From Raja brachyura (taxonomy: Eukaryota): a stretch of DNA of 64,000 bases. Positions 24,891 through 37,775 of this stretch are shown here, in pieces. How positions within the stretch are numbered: position 1 is the stretch's first letter; each line of letters starts with the position of its first letter. The notes under the pieces are model-generated. The model ran no database searches. It saw nothing but the letters and a program-made list of their open reading frames with translations, and had not been told where the DNA came from. Position numbers and translations under genes: made by a program. Location of the stretch: positions 23,994,001 to 24,058,000 of the forward strand of contig OY740807.1 in NCBI GenBank assembly GCA_963514005.1, read 5' to 3'.

Positions 24891-26673
24891 CAGTGCCCTC
24901 CATAATGTTTGGGAGAAAGACCCAACATTTATTTATTTGCCTCTGTACTCCACAATTTGAGATATGTAATAGAAAAAAATCACATGTGGTTAAACTGCAC
25001 ATTGTCAGATTTTATCAAAGACCATTTTTAGACATTTTGGTTTCACCATGTAGAAATTACAGCTGGGTTTATACGTAGTCCCCCACATTTCACGGCACCT
25101 TAATGTTTGGGGCACATGGCTTCACAGGCATTTGTAATTGCTCAGGTGTGTTTAATTGCCTCCTTAATACAGGTATCAGAGAACTCTCAGCATTTAGTCG
25201 TTCCTCCAGTCTTTCCATCACCTTTGGAAACTTTTATTGTTGTTTATGAACATGAGAACCAACGTTGTGCCAATGAAAGTCAAATAAACCATTGTGAGAC
25301 TGAGAAACAAGAATAAAACTGTTAGAGACATCAGCCAAACCTTAGGCTTACCAAAGTGGAACATCATTAAGAAGAAAGAGCACTGGTGAGAATCTAATCG
25401 CAAAGGGACTGGCAGACCAAGGAAGACCTCTACAGCTGATGACAGAAGAATTCTCTCTACAATAAAGAAATATCCCCAAACACCTGTCCGACAGGTCAGA
25501 AACACTCTTCAGGAATCTGGTGTGGATTTGTCAATGACCACAGTCTGCAGAGAAATTCATGAACAGACATACAGAGGCTACACTCCAAGATGAAAACCAC
25601 TGGTTAGCCCCAAAAATAGGATGGCTAGGTTATAGTTTGCCAAGAAGACATAAAAGAGCAATAACAGTTCTGGAAGAAGGTCTTGTGGACAGATGAGACG
25701 CAGATTAAATTATATCAGAATGATGGCAAGAGCGAAGTAGGGAGGAGAGAAGGAACTGCCCAAGATCCAAAGCATACCTCATCTGTGATACATGGTGGCG
25801 TGGGTCTTATGGCTTGGGGATGTATGGCTGCAGAAGGTACTGGCTCACTTATTTTCATTAATGATACAGCTGCTGATGTTAGTAGCATAATTAATTCTGA
25901 TGTGTTTAGACACATCCTATCTGCTCAAGTTCAAACAAATGCTTCAAAGCTCATTGGCGAGCGGTTCATTCTACAGCAAGATAATGATCCCAAACAGTCT
26001 GAAGAATGGTCTCGACCTGAAACGTCACCCATTCTTTCTCTCCAGAGATGCTGCCTGTCCCGCTGAGTTACTCCAGCATTTTGTGTCAACCTTTGATTTA
26101 AACCAGTATCTGCAGTTCTTTCTTACACAGTGATCCCAAACACACTGCTAAAGCACAAAGGAGTTTTTCAAAGCTTAAAAATTGTCACTTCTTGAGTGGC
26201 CAAGTCAATCACTGGATCTGAACCCAAATGAGCATGCCTTTTATATGCTGAACAGAAAACTGAAGGGGACTAGCCCCCAAAACAAGTATAAGCTAAAGAT
26301 GGCCGCAGTACAGGCCTGGCAGAGCATCACCAGAGAAGACACACGGCAACTGGTGATGTCCATGAATCGCAGACTTCAAGCAGTCATTGCATGCAAAGGA
26401 TATGCAACAAAATACTAAACATGACTACTTTCATTTACATGACATTGCTGTGTCCCAAACATTATGGTGCCCTGAAATGGGGGGACTATGTATAAACACT
26501 GCTGTAATTTCTACATGGTGAAACCAAAATGTATGAAAATGGCCTTTATTAAAATCTGACAATGTGCACTTAACCATATGCGATTTTTTTTCTATTACAA
26601 ATCTCAAATTGTGGAGTACAGAGGTAAATAAATAAATGATGGGTCTGTGTCCCCAACATTATGGAGGGCACTG
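24891..26673 (+). mobile_element. Full-length but inactivated Tc1-family DNA transposon (IR/DR type)
   Basis: TA followed by CAGTGCCCTCCATAATGTT and the reverse complement at the right end; ~220-bp IRs with inner direct repeats; transposase remnants from ~25252 to 26418 with WTDET, QQDNDPK and WPSQSLDLNPNEH (DD34E), broken by stops, frameshifts and an insertion. Confidence 0.93.
25997..26130 (+). mobile_element. 134-bp hammerhead-bearing Penelope-derived element nested in the Tc1 transposase
   Basis: Begins GTCTGAAGAATGGTCTCGACCTGAAACGTCACC; perfect 12-bp TSD TGATCCCAAACA at 25985-25996 and 26131-26142. Confidence 0.9.
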
Positions 26674-28127
26674 AATTTGATATGGTAGACATACATTGAT
26701 CTGGACGCATCATTCTATTAGAGACATGCTTACTTTTAACTTTTGTTTTGCTCATTTATTGTATCATTTTTGCCCATTTACAATATCACAAATGAAGAAT
26801 AGTTAATTGGATGTAAATTGGGTATCAAAGGTTAGAGGGAGAAGGCAGGAGAATGGGGCTGAGGGGATCCGTCATGATTCAGTGGCAGAGTAGACTGGAT
26901 AGGACGAATATCTTAATTATGTTCGTATGTCTTGTGGTCTTAAGAAAATTTGCAGGACCTAAGCAAGTAGTTTTATACAATAAATAAAATTCTGAAACCT
27001 GCGTTTTCCTGTGCAATGAAAATCCAGACTTGAGGAAATGTTAGGATGGTGTTGGTATTGCAACTCATGAGATTCTGGGTTAGTGTAGGAAAAGAGACTA
27101 GGAATAGAGATCCACACTGTACTTGGTATCTTTTGGTACATGTTGGCTGAGCAGAATTATCTTTGAGTAGCTTGATACTTACAGTCTGAACTTTCTGGTG
27201 AAATTTAGTGTATACTAGCAGGGAGGCTTGTGGAAGGGAAAATAACCAGAATAATTAACCTTCATTGGTTATCCCAAGTGCAGCATCCATTTACACAAAA
27301 AAGGAAGAGTGGGAAATGCCCCATGAAAATTGCTTTGTAGATGTTTTTTATCTGCAATTTTTCTAAAGTTTTAGCAATGTAGAGCAAAACCTTGGGATTG
27401 ATTGTAGCCAAAAAATTTTGTAACTTAATTCAGGAACTGACACATCCTCTAAACGTTATGCACAAATCTTCAGTTTGAGAATTCAGTCATTCGATGTCCT
27501 ATTTCTTTCTAAATAGTGCATTAATTAAGAAACTTGATGTGAATGCTCGATTTATTGCTCAGCACTGTAGACTATTAGCAATTGTCTAAGTAGCTTTTAC
27601 TAAAAGAAGTGAATAACCAAATCTTATTCGGCCATTGGTAGTATTTTCACTTTCCAGTGAAATATGGATTTCCAAATCAGGAGAAGTCTGGAGGACTTCA
27701 TAAATTTTGAACCTAAAGTTAAGTCTTGGTAGTGAAGAGAGTTCAGAAAGCTTGAAAAAATATATTTGAAAAAAAAAATCAATGCAAATAATCTGTTGGC
27801 TTGGGATGTATATCTACTGACTTCTTAAATAATGTGGGAATACCTGACTGGACCATCCTCTCAGGCAGTGAGAATTTGAAGCCAGATGTTAACCCAAGTT
27901 GCCATGCGATGCTTCAGTTTCTCGTTTTAAAATTCTATTTGTCCAGCTCAAGGCCGCCCAAAGTACAACAAGAAAGACGGGCATATGTGGGGAAAGCAGG
28001 ACATGCAACCATGCATCCGGCACAACACCTCTTGCTAGAACTTTCACAGTTAACCATTTTTTCATCTGAGCTCAAGAAAACCGTTAAAAGGATATGTACA
28101 TTTTAAAATAGACAAATGTGTTAGAAA

Positions 28128-28283
28128 GAAGTAAGACACAAAAAGCTGGAGCAACTCAGCGAGTCAGCCAGCATCTCTGGAGAAAAGGAATAGGTGATGT
28201 AACCGAAACGTCACCTATTCCTTTTCTCCAGAGATAAACCAACATCTGCAGTTCCTTCATACACATCTGCAGTTTCTTCCTAC
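28128..28283. mobile_element. Penelope-derived fold-back insertion with a perfect 25-bp hairpin
   Basis: 28173-28197 is the exact reverse complement of 28211-28235; TSD ACAAATGTGTT[A/G]GAAA at 28112-28127 and 28284-28299. Confidence 0.82.
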
Positions 28284-28387
28284 ACAAATGTGTTGGAAAT
28301 ATTTTGTTAGAAATATTTTTTTGGCATCTGTTTATATGCATGTTTTATGAAAAATGTATTTGCAGTTTCCTTAACCTGTTTCTGCAC

Positions 28388-28530
28388 CATGCATTCTGGG
28401 TACGCATCATGAAAAGGGTGCTCAAACCTTCTGGTCAGTGGTGAACCGGTTGCCTCTGTCCAGCAACGCTGTCCTTTGTTGGAAATTTTGTCACGTATTT
28501 CACAAGCTGCTTCGAGATGGACATCCAACT
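28388..28530 (+). CDS. HIP1: HIP1 coding exon (likely exon 3): (T)CILGTHHEKGAQTFWSVVNRLPLSSNAVLCWKFCHVFHKLLRDGHPT
   Basis: Near-identical to recalled HIP1 and distinct from HIP1R; AC acceptor at 28386-28387 and GTAAGT donor at 28531; 143 nt, phase-compatible with neighbouring exons. Confidence 0.96.
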
Positions 28531-31500
28531 GTAAGTCCTACCATATTAATTTTTACTTGGTTGCATGTGCACTGATTATTGTTGAAGAGATGATGAAGGC
28601 AAATCATGAAATTGTATGATATTCACACAATCCCTGAATCAAAACGTACTTCAAGACAACCTCTCATAATCCAAGATATTAAAGTTCCTTATTATTGGTT
28701 GTCTCAAATGTGTCAGTAATTGGAAGACAAGTTTTTGCACTTTACATGTGCTAATGCTTTGAGTTTGCAGCCAAAAAATATTTGGATAGAGCACGTAATG
28801 TTCCAAAGTAGAAAATAATTTAATTATCAGTTGTGACGTGCCCGTAAGGTTGCTATACAAGGAGCGTGTGTGGTCCATTTCCTTTCTTATGCCACAGTAG
28901 TCACCTGACCAATCTTCCATTTCATCTGGCCAAACGGTTGATTTCTGCAGAAATTTGATTTCCAGAGAGAAAGGGAAAATGTGCCTGATGTAGCCCTTAT
29001 GCCAACAGCAATGTATGTAGCTGCATTAAGCTGTGTGTAGAGCCCAAGTACAGACATCACTTGTCATCACATGCTGAGGTTCTCCCTGTCTTCTTTGTTA
29101 AGGAGGATGGGCCAGGTTGTTGCAGTGTTTTATTAATTTAGAACTTGCCCCATTTGTTCTTGGGGAACAAGAAAAACATTTCTGCAGAAAAATATATAGA
29201 GGCTGTGCCCTTTATAACACCTGCTCAAATGCTTCATGGATGAACTGTTTGTAGATGAATCCTTAATTAAACTGCATGTACTGAATTGTTAGGTGCAGTG
29301 CATGAAGATAATGAGACATCCCAATTGAATTACTATACATAACAAATACAATATAGGGGAAAACAAGATACGGTTCCTGCCTTTATATAACTGAATGCTT
29401 TCTGGGAGTAATTAAAGATTAACTACTATTTCTGTTGCATACCAACTTACTCCGTTTGCTTGAATGAATTATTGAAATCCGTAGTCTAAATTTTCACTGC
29501 CTCAGTCTATCTCAGCAAGTACGTGTTCATGATTTATGAACCCAAGGACCATTTCTGAGGCATAAGATAATTTCGTGAATGAAACTTACTTTTCAGTTTG
29601 CTTAGAAAAAACATAGAAACTCATAAATAATGAGTTTTTTGACTATTTTACATTTAAATTGCCTGAAACTTTAAGTTTCTCAGTACATTAATAAGATAAC
29701 AAATGTCTTTAATAGTTCTCTGCTGGTCATCAGGTATGTGATTAACCAATGCAGATGAAATTGGGAGAGTCTTTAAGGAGAAATATAGGATAGAGATTTT
29801 GAGGAGTTTGTGTCCTTGCAAAGTCATGATATTTAGGCAGCTGAAGAATGCGATCATTTTAGGTAATTGGGAGTGGTAAATTTACAAGCGGCAGGAGCCA
29901 AAGGAATCGATAATTCATGACATTTGTACAATGGGGAGGGGAAAGGTGATGAGGCATGAGACCGTGACTTGGGTAAATCAAGGCCCTGTCATCTTGTCAC
30001 ACTCACACTGTCAAAATGGAGCAGTAAAGAGCTTCAAATTAGCAGGATAATGTACCTCCTTATGACATATTACATTGTGATAATTTACTGTTATAAAACA
30101 ATGCACACTCAGTTTTCTGGAGACCACCAGAGTCATAACAAAATAATCCATTAGTTGAACGTTGGATCTTGGCAAGATTCAATTTGGGTATGATATTTTC
30201 CTGCTTTCATAGGATCGCTCTGAGTGCCGCCTAAGCACAACGGGCTTATGGTGTACGTCCTAAGGAAACATGAATAGGTGGATGTTCCCATCATACAATA
30301 GTCAGCCTATGACCTGGCTTGCAGCCAATTCCTTTCTGGTCAGTGATGACTCCATGTTATATATGATATAACTGGTGATGGCAATGATGCCATTGAATCT
30401 TTTTGAAGATCCCATTGCCTGATATTCGTGTTATGTGAATGTTTCTTGCCAACGATCAGTCCATCCGTGAATATGGACAATGGCAAGTTTATTATCTGTG
30501 AAGATGCACATGGAACGGAACAGTGAGAATCAGCACAGCCATTTTATCTTCTGAATGGAAAGTCATTGATAAACAACGCAAAGATGAAGCCTGACCCGGG
30601 GAGCTGAGCAGTGATGTCCTGTGATTAAAGTGTTTGGCTTACAAGAGAGCAGCCACTTTGTGAATGCACTGGGCATGATCTGAATTGTTGGAAACATTTC
30701 TGATTGATTCCCATTGAGGCCTCCTTGAAGCAAAACTTGGCCAATTGCTGTCTTGTTGCTAAAGGTATTCTCTCTGACCACATCTCTGAAAGTTAGCTCT
30801 TCTCTCCATATTTAGAAGTGTGGAATGTGGCCTGGAACTGAGCGAATGCCTTGTCAATCGAGTCTTTCTATGACCACGCTGATCGTGGTGAAGTAGATGG
30901 GACGGTTATTGACTCAGTTAATATTTACCTTTATTGAATGCCCAGTGCATATCTAGATAGTTTTCTTATTTCGTGAATTGCAGCATTTAAATGCAGTTTG
31001 GTCGGAAATACAGTTAGATCTGGAGATGTTTTCTTCTTAGCTTTTTTTTACACCATGCCGCTTCCGCTGTTGGTATATGTACACTCATTTATTGGTGTTT
31101 GACAATATTGGTTCTGCATTTCTGAGTGGGCTTATTGCAGTTCCTACTTTTCTTAATCTCAGTGAACCAGGGTTGGTTCCCCTGCTTGTTGTTTTTGCTA
31201 AAGTATGTTGGGCAGCTAAAGTATAGATTGTAGAGGATTGTAGTGTGTTTAATTTGTTCTCACGATAACTCCATACATGATAGATTGTGTCCTCAGTAAG
31301 AAGATGAGATATTCTCCACAAGACTGTGAATTGTCCACTCTTTCATTCTTGGGAGAGCAGAATATAACCAAGTGACTTTTGTTGCTATTTTTTCTTCCAT
31401 CAGCTGCAGTGGCCCACATTTGTCAGCTGCAACTTTCAGAGTTGCCCAGCTTGGACTGTGGTGTTGCTACTGAATGAATCTCAGTGATGCACATTGACGT

Positions 31501-31765
31501 TCCCATGACATCTTCAGAGCGTATCTCTAGAGTACTAACCCAGCTCATCTTTTCACTGCTGCTCAACATGGATCTATTGAGATCAACATGGATCTGCTGA
31601 TCTACTGAGCACACGTGGGCAGCATGTTGCTGCTCTCTCATGACTCCAAGGACAGGTTCAAACTTTACACTTGGACAATGTATGTGTGGACTTTGCATAT
31701 TCTCTCTCTGTCTGCTGCATGTGTTCCTGTCACATGCTCTATTCCCCTCCCAAAACCCAATGATA

Positions 31766-31849
31766 AGGGTTTTGGCCCGAAACGTTGCCCATTTCCTTCG
31801 TTCCATAGATGCTGCCGCACCTGCTGAGTTTCTCCAGCACTTTTGTCTA
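31766..31849 (+). mobile_element. 5'-truncated Penelope-derived element
   Basis: Starts inside hammerhead stem II (AGGGTTTTGGCCCGAAACGTT); 9-bp TSD CCAATGATA at 31757-31765 and 31850-31858. Confidence 0.8.
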
Positions 31850-32442
31850 CCAATGATATGCTGGTTGTTTAATTAGTTATTATGCCCGCAGTAAAGGGAA
31901 GCAGCAAATTAGTGAAAAGGGTTGAATGGACATGCAAGAGAAAATACATTGGTGGAGCAATGGGACTGATGGAATGACCCTTGAAGGTGGCATGGATCTG
32001 ATAGAGCAAATGGCCTCCTCCTATGTCATAATATGTCAGTACTGTTATAAGGTGAATGGCTTGGAACCATGAACTTCAATGAATCTGAAGCCAAATTTGA
32101 AGACTAGTAGACAATTTTGTAGCAAATTATGTGCTTGTTCTGCTTGCATGATAGGACCTCTCTTGGAATCCTGGTGGGACGATGGTCGAAAGGTTATGGT
32201 TCTCAGAGTTTGCTTGTCAGTTTGTAACTTGATCAGTAGGTGGGACAGTTTTCTTTAATCAGGCATGTCCTTGGATGTTTGTGAGTAGGGTTTTCGAGGG
32301 TCAACTGGGTTGTGCGTGCCTGTGTTGTGTGCAAATCTGTTACCGGCTTTCATGCTGAGTAATGTGACTAGTTTTGTTCTTGCTGTGTTTTGTTGAAGTG
32401 GTTTGATACAGCAGAGTGGCTTGACAAATCATAAATGTCAGA

Positions 32443-32715
32443 ATATAGAACAGTGCAGCATGGGAATTGTCCCCTCAGCCCACGAGATCTGTGCTGAACA
32501 TGATGCCAAATTATAGTAATCCCTTGTAACTGCAGTTGATCTGTATCTCTCCATTCCTGGCTATTCACGTACCTATCTATAAGCATCTGTGGTACCACTG
32601 TCATACCTGCTTCCACTACCGTCCCTGGCAGTGCATTGCAGGCACCTGCACTCACTCTAGCCTTTGCACCTGCACCACACATCTCCCTTAAACTTTCGCT
32701 TTCTCATATTAAACT
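32443..32715 (-). mobile_element. CR1 3' fragment; similar pieces at 38565-38815 and 43885-44280
   Basis: ATAGAACAGTGCAGCA...TGGCAGTGCATTGCAGGCAC is an antisense CR1 3' end (WNALPxxVVEA-like). Confidence 0.65.
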
Positions 32716-33434
32716 TATGTTGTTTACCTTTTATTCTGCATCCATTTAATTAACTATTATTTACCTTTTCTCAATCTTGGCTGGCACAAACACATTATTT
32801 ACAGAAGATTTAATAACTGCATAGTGGTTAGTGGTCATTTTATTGCAATTCCTAATTGTGAAGCTGTCACCAATGACCAAGGAAGTAAGCTGCTGTGAAA
32901 CATTGCATTTATGTTGGAATTTAACAGGCTGCTGACATTGTGCTGAAATCTTGACCATCAAATACCTTGTTTAGTTCTTTGAACTTCATTTGTTGAGGTG
33001 AGACTGCTGTTGAAAGCAAGAAAAAAGCAGACAAATTACATTGTCAGTTTTATCAAAGAGAGAGGCCACCCTTTAGCACTGTGGTAGTAGAAACATTTTG
33101 TATCAAATTATTGATATTGATTAATTTTCTATTTTATGAAGCGACCTTGAATAATGGCTCATACACTCCAGTTACCTTGTGACAACTCCAAGGAAGCTCC
33201 AACAGGCATTACTGCTGGCTGTGGCATAGGTTCTGTGTTTTAATGGGGCTTTCATAAAGAATATTGTTATTATGGCAACACAAATTGAACATATTTATAT
33301 TTGATTTGTTGTGAAGCTGTCATTATGTATTAATTGTGAGTGCATGTGTACCAAGAAAATGTTATGTTCTGATTGATAAGGTTAAATTATATCGGGTAGC
33401 TATTGAGCATGATCTCCTTTTCATTATGCTGTAG

Positions 33435-33491
33435 GTTCTTCAGGACTCCATACGATACAAAAATGAGCTTAGTGACATGAGCAGAATGTGG
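33435..33491 (+). CDS. HIP1: HIP1 coding exon (likely exon 4): VLQDSIRYKNELSDMSRMW
   Basis: TAG acceptor and GTAAGT donor; 57 nt, phase 0/0; matches HIP1 VLKDSxRYxNELSDMSRMW. Confidence 0.95.
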
Positions 33492-33954
33492 GTAAGTACT
33501 GTTGTTAATTCAGTTTTTCAAATTCTTTGGCCTCTGTGTTTTGTGGAGCCATGAACTTAGTCTATCAACGTAATATTTATAGGAAATAGTATCAGACCTT
33601 TAAAGTCACAGGCAATTAGACAGAATAAAGATGAGATACAATTGGAAGTCCAGCTGCAATGGATGCATATTGATGTTTTTTGGAGCATTTGAAGATTGGG
33701 GAAGGGAGGAAGCAATGTAGGAATTTATTCGGAAAAGTCCAGATTGCTGTAGGCAGAAAGTTCCAATATAAAAGGTTTCAGCAAAAGAGAACCATCATAG
33801 GAGTTAGAGCAGAAGGTGTACACAAAAATAGGTTTCTGAAGGTTTTTGAGATAAGGAAATCAGTATGTCCAATCACATGAAATTTATTTAGAGATCAATG
33901 GTGGTTATTTGATTGCTATTTACAGAGGGCACCTGATAGCTTTTACAACTAATA

Positions 33955-34330
33955 TCATCAATGAGACCAACACCCTGGCCACACTCTCATCTCGCTGCTA
34001 CCATTGGGAATAAGGTACAGGACCTGAAAACCATGACCTCCAGATTCAAGAACAGCTCCTGCCCAGCATCCATTGGGCTATTGAGCATGAGACAATAGTA
34101 ACTACAACCCTACCTCAGCAACTATTACCTACTATAAATATTGTATTAGTTGTACTTTGGAGTTTGGTATGTTCTATTATGGCCTGGTTACCGAGTATTA
34201 CTAATTTATTGTGTTATTGATTATTATATAGACATTTGCATATTTTGCATTAATGAGCCAGTAAACGTACAGCATGTAAGAATTGTATTGTTCTGCTGCA
34301 GGTAGATATGACAATTCAACACTTGACTCT
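33955..34330 (+). mobile_element. Rex1/Babar LINE 3' fragment
   Basis: Encodes a HPGHTLISLLPLG.RYR-like end and carries a CTTGACTCTTG tail. Confidence 0.7.
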
Positions 34331-36469
34331 TGTCTCAGATGCTGTGAATCTGAAATCAAAACAGAAAATGTGGGAAGCAGTCAGTCAGCATCTGTGGAAG
34401 GAAAAGAAGTTCAGGTTTCAGTTTGGAGATCCTTTGTCAGAATGGTCTCTGCCCTGAAGCATTATTACATGTTTCTCTTTCCACAAATGCTGCACGATTG
34501 TTGAGTGCTTCAAGCATTTTCTCTCTAAAATTTCCGATGCTAACATTCCCACATGGAGGGAAGGGCAAGCCAAAGATAAACATTACTCCTGGGAAATAAA
34601 GAACACGATGAACGGGGAACAAAATAATTTGATTGTTTTTTCTTTTAAACGCACACTGCAATGGTGAAGCACTTCAGGAAAGGTTGGCTGTTTCACAGGA
34701 ACATTTTGAGGCAAAATTTGTTGATAAGGTACAAATTGGAAATTTTGGGGCGGGTGACAAAAAGCTTGGACAAGGAGCACCGTAAAGGGAAGAGACCTGG
34801 GAAGTTTAGTTAAGGTGTGGTACTTTGACAGCTGCCGTTGAAGAGTCTGAAATCTTCTTTTCTTTCTCACTTGCTCTGATACAAAATTGTCAGATGCTGT
34901 TATTTTTTGAGAGATTCTATTCCAGTTGATACTTGAGCCTTTAAATCCACTACACTAACAAATACAAATATTTTGAAATATACTCCAAAGAAGGAATTTT
35001 AATTTTGACTAAATGATTTAGTAGTTATATTTACTTTGCTATCATGATATTATTATGACCATTTTTTTTCCATTCGTATAGTATATATTTAAAATCAATG
35101 TCACAATTATCACCACCAATCTGCCTCGTGTCCTTGAAGACAGGACATTTAACATGCGTTGAGATCAGAGTTTCAAAGTTAAATATGCTCTATTTAGCTT
35201 TGTTTATAGATTGTTTAGATATGGAAATATGTGAACTTGCTGTTATCCAAGGATTAATTCAGAAATCGCATACAGGAAAGTATATAAATTTTTGAAGGAG
35301 ATAGTGTTTAAATGGCTGCTATTTAGAAGCCGCTTTGTTTGAAGAACAGTGCAAAGCTTTGTTAAAGGTTCTGTGGATGTACGCTTGTAGCTTCAGCCTG
35401 ATCGTCCAACTTTGTCATCAGTGGTTATTTATGAATCCTGATATTGTTAAAGCAGTCCAAGTAAGCAGCTAATTCATAGGAAATTGCATAAAGAACTTGT
35501 GCAACAAAGGAAATACATCTGAATCCTGACCAGAAAAAAGTTGATCACCAACAAAGGAGAGAAAAAGGAAGGCTTTGTTTGCAGTGGTTATCCTAAAGCT
35601 TTATGATACAGATTTGTTAATGTGCTCAGGCAATGTGAAAGATATTTCGAACCTTCGTGACTGATAAATGCATTGTCCCGCAATTGAATAATTGCAGTCC
35701 TTATTCATGTGCATTTCAAAATGAAAACATAAAACGATTTTTCAGTGGTTACAAATTTAGATTTTTGAGGTGACATTGTGTACCAAAATGACTGAAAATA
35801 TAGGATGCACCTATTCAATATTCAGAATGCCTCTCACATTAGTTGTTGGTCATGGGACACGAAAGCAGATGTTTCCCGGAATTGCCGTGATGATGTGGAA
35901 AATATTGAAGGCATGATTAGCACTAAAAAAACATGAATCTTAAGAAATGTGGCACAGCCTTTGTTTTGGCTGTGATGTCTGCCTAAACAGATTAAAATGA
36001 CCAGCCCACTAACTGGCAGCTGGCAGCTGTGGGACAGTATCACTGTCTTTTCAGCACAGGGGATGGATGAAGCCCAGCAATTCATTATTTATTGCACAAG
36101 TGGGACATATTACATTTGCACAGATGGACTCCTGGTTCCCCACCAAACTTTATATTTCCTTTTTGCAAAACAAAAATGGTTTTCAAATATAAAGTGACAC
36201 ATTTCCCAATCTGGTTATGGTGCAACTTCTAATTTCTTTGCTGTATAGTTGCATTTTTTTAGTTTGATGTATATTGTGTTAGAATCAATATTCTCATTAT
36301 TCTATAATTACGAGACAACGGGCAAACCATTGGGAGTATCTGAAATCGGATAGTCTTTACCTAATTAAAATATAAATCTAGAGAATATTTCCTTTGTATA
36401 CAAATGTTTACTAATGCGTAATTGAGCCATGTAGAATTAGAAGGTTTCTGAATTTCATCTATAGACCTG

Positions 36470-37560
36470 GGACTTCCACCAACAAGTCTCCTGCAGCACC
36501 AGTGGACCAAACACCCTCGACCACTGCTACACGACCATCAAGGATGCCTCTCGTTCTATCCCTCGCCCTCACTTCAGTAAATCTGACCATACTGTGGTGC
36601 TGCTTCTTCCTGCCTACAGGCAGCAATTGAAGAGCGCATCCCCAGAGGTGACGACTGTACAGAGCTGTTTCGGGGGGGCAGAGGAACAACTCCAGGACTG
36701 TTTGGAGTCTGTAGACTGGGCAATGTTTAGGGACTCGGCAATGGACCTGAACGAATACGCCACAGTCGCTACAGACTTCATAAAGAAATGTGTGGAGGAC
36801 TGCATCCCTCCAAAAACCTTCCGAGTGTTTCCTAACCAGTAGCCTTGGATGAACCATGAGATCTGCATTCTTCTGAAGACCAGATCCCGGGCATTCAGGT
36901 CTGGAGATACAGAGGTCTACAAGAAGTCCAGATACGACCTTGGTATGGCCATCAAAAGGGACTTCTGCTCCAAGCTGGAGGATGAGATGGGTGTTCGGCA
37001 ACTGTGGCGCGGCTTGAATGCCACCACCTCCAACAAGGCAAAATCAGGAGGCAGGTCAAATGTCAGCGAAGTATCACTCCCTGACGAACTCAATGCGTTT
37101 TACGCACACTTTGAAAGGGAGAACACTGATGTGCCTTCCCGAGCCCCCATTGGCCGTGATGGTATTTCGGGGTGAACCCTCCGAAAGCGCCTGGACCTGA
37201 TGGTATACCCGGGCATGTTTTAAAAACCTGTGCAGCCCAACTGGCTGGAGTTTTTACGGACATTTTCAACCTCTCACCTCTGAGGTCTGAGGTTCCCACC
37301 TGCTTTAAAAGGGCATCAATTATATCAGTGCCCAAGAAGAGCAAGGTGACGTGCCTCAATGACTATCGACCAGTGGCACTAACGTCGGTGGTGATGAAGT
37401 GCTTTGAGAGGTTGATGATGGCGCAAATCAACTCCTACCTCGTCAAAAACCTGGACCCACTGCAGTTCGCTTACCGCCACAACAGATCAACGGTTGATGC
37501 GATCTCACTGGCTCTCCACTCCGCTCTGGACCACTTGGGCAACACAAACTCATATGTCAG
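36470..37560 (+). mobile_element. Rex1/Babar LINE internal fragment (endonuclease end to RT N-terminus), truncated by a hAT-like element
   Basis: SDH motif; [31 protein letters not shown]...[19 protein letters not shown]...LDPLQFAYR. Confidence 0.9.
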
Positions 37561-37775
37561 CAGGGCTGCCAACCCTCATGCTTTCAGCGTGAGAATCACG
37601 CCTTGGAGCTATTTCTCACGCCCTCAAGCTTATGACCGAGTTCTCACGCTGAGTTCAGTCCCTGCGCCAGTTTGTCCCTTTGCGCCGCCTGCCAACGATC
37701 TGTGCGGTCTGGGGAAGCGCGTTGGTTGACGGCTGTGAGTAACGTCGTATCTCTTCTCTTGTCGTTGGTCGAAAT
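37561..37775 (+). mobile_element. hAT-like left end, copy 1; repeated at 38853-39063 and partly at 39685-39760
   Basis: CAGGGCTGCCAAC terminus followed by CTCACG/CGTGAG subterminal motifs; ~200 bp shared with the copy at 38853. Confidence 0.6.

Larger units (their letters stand above)
24083..28387 (+). other. HIP1: U12-type (minor spliceosome) AT-AC intron of HIP1
   Basis: 5' splice site ATATCCTTT at 24083; branch point TTCCTTAAC at 28367-28375; terminal AC at 28386-28387; splicing here restores the reading frame (A|CA = Thr). Confidence 0.93.
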
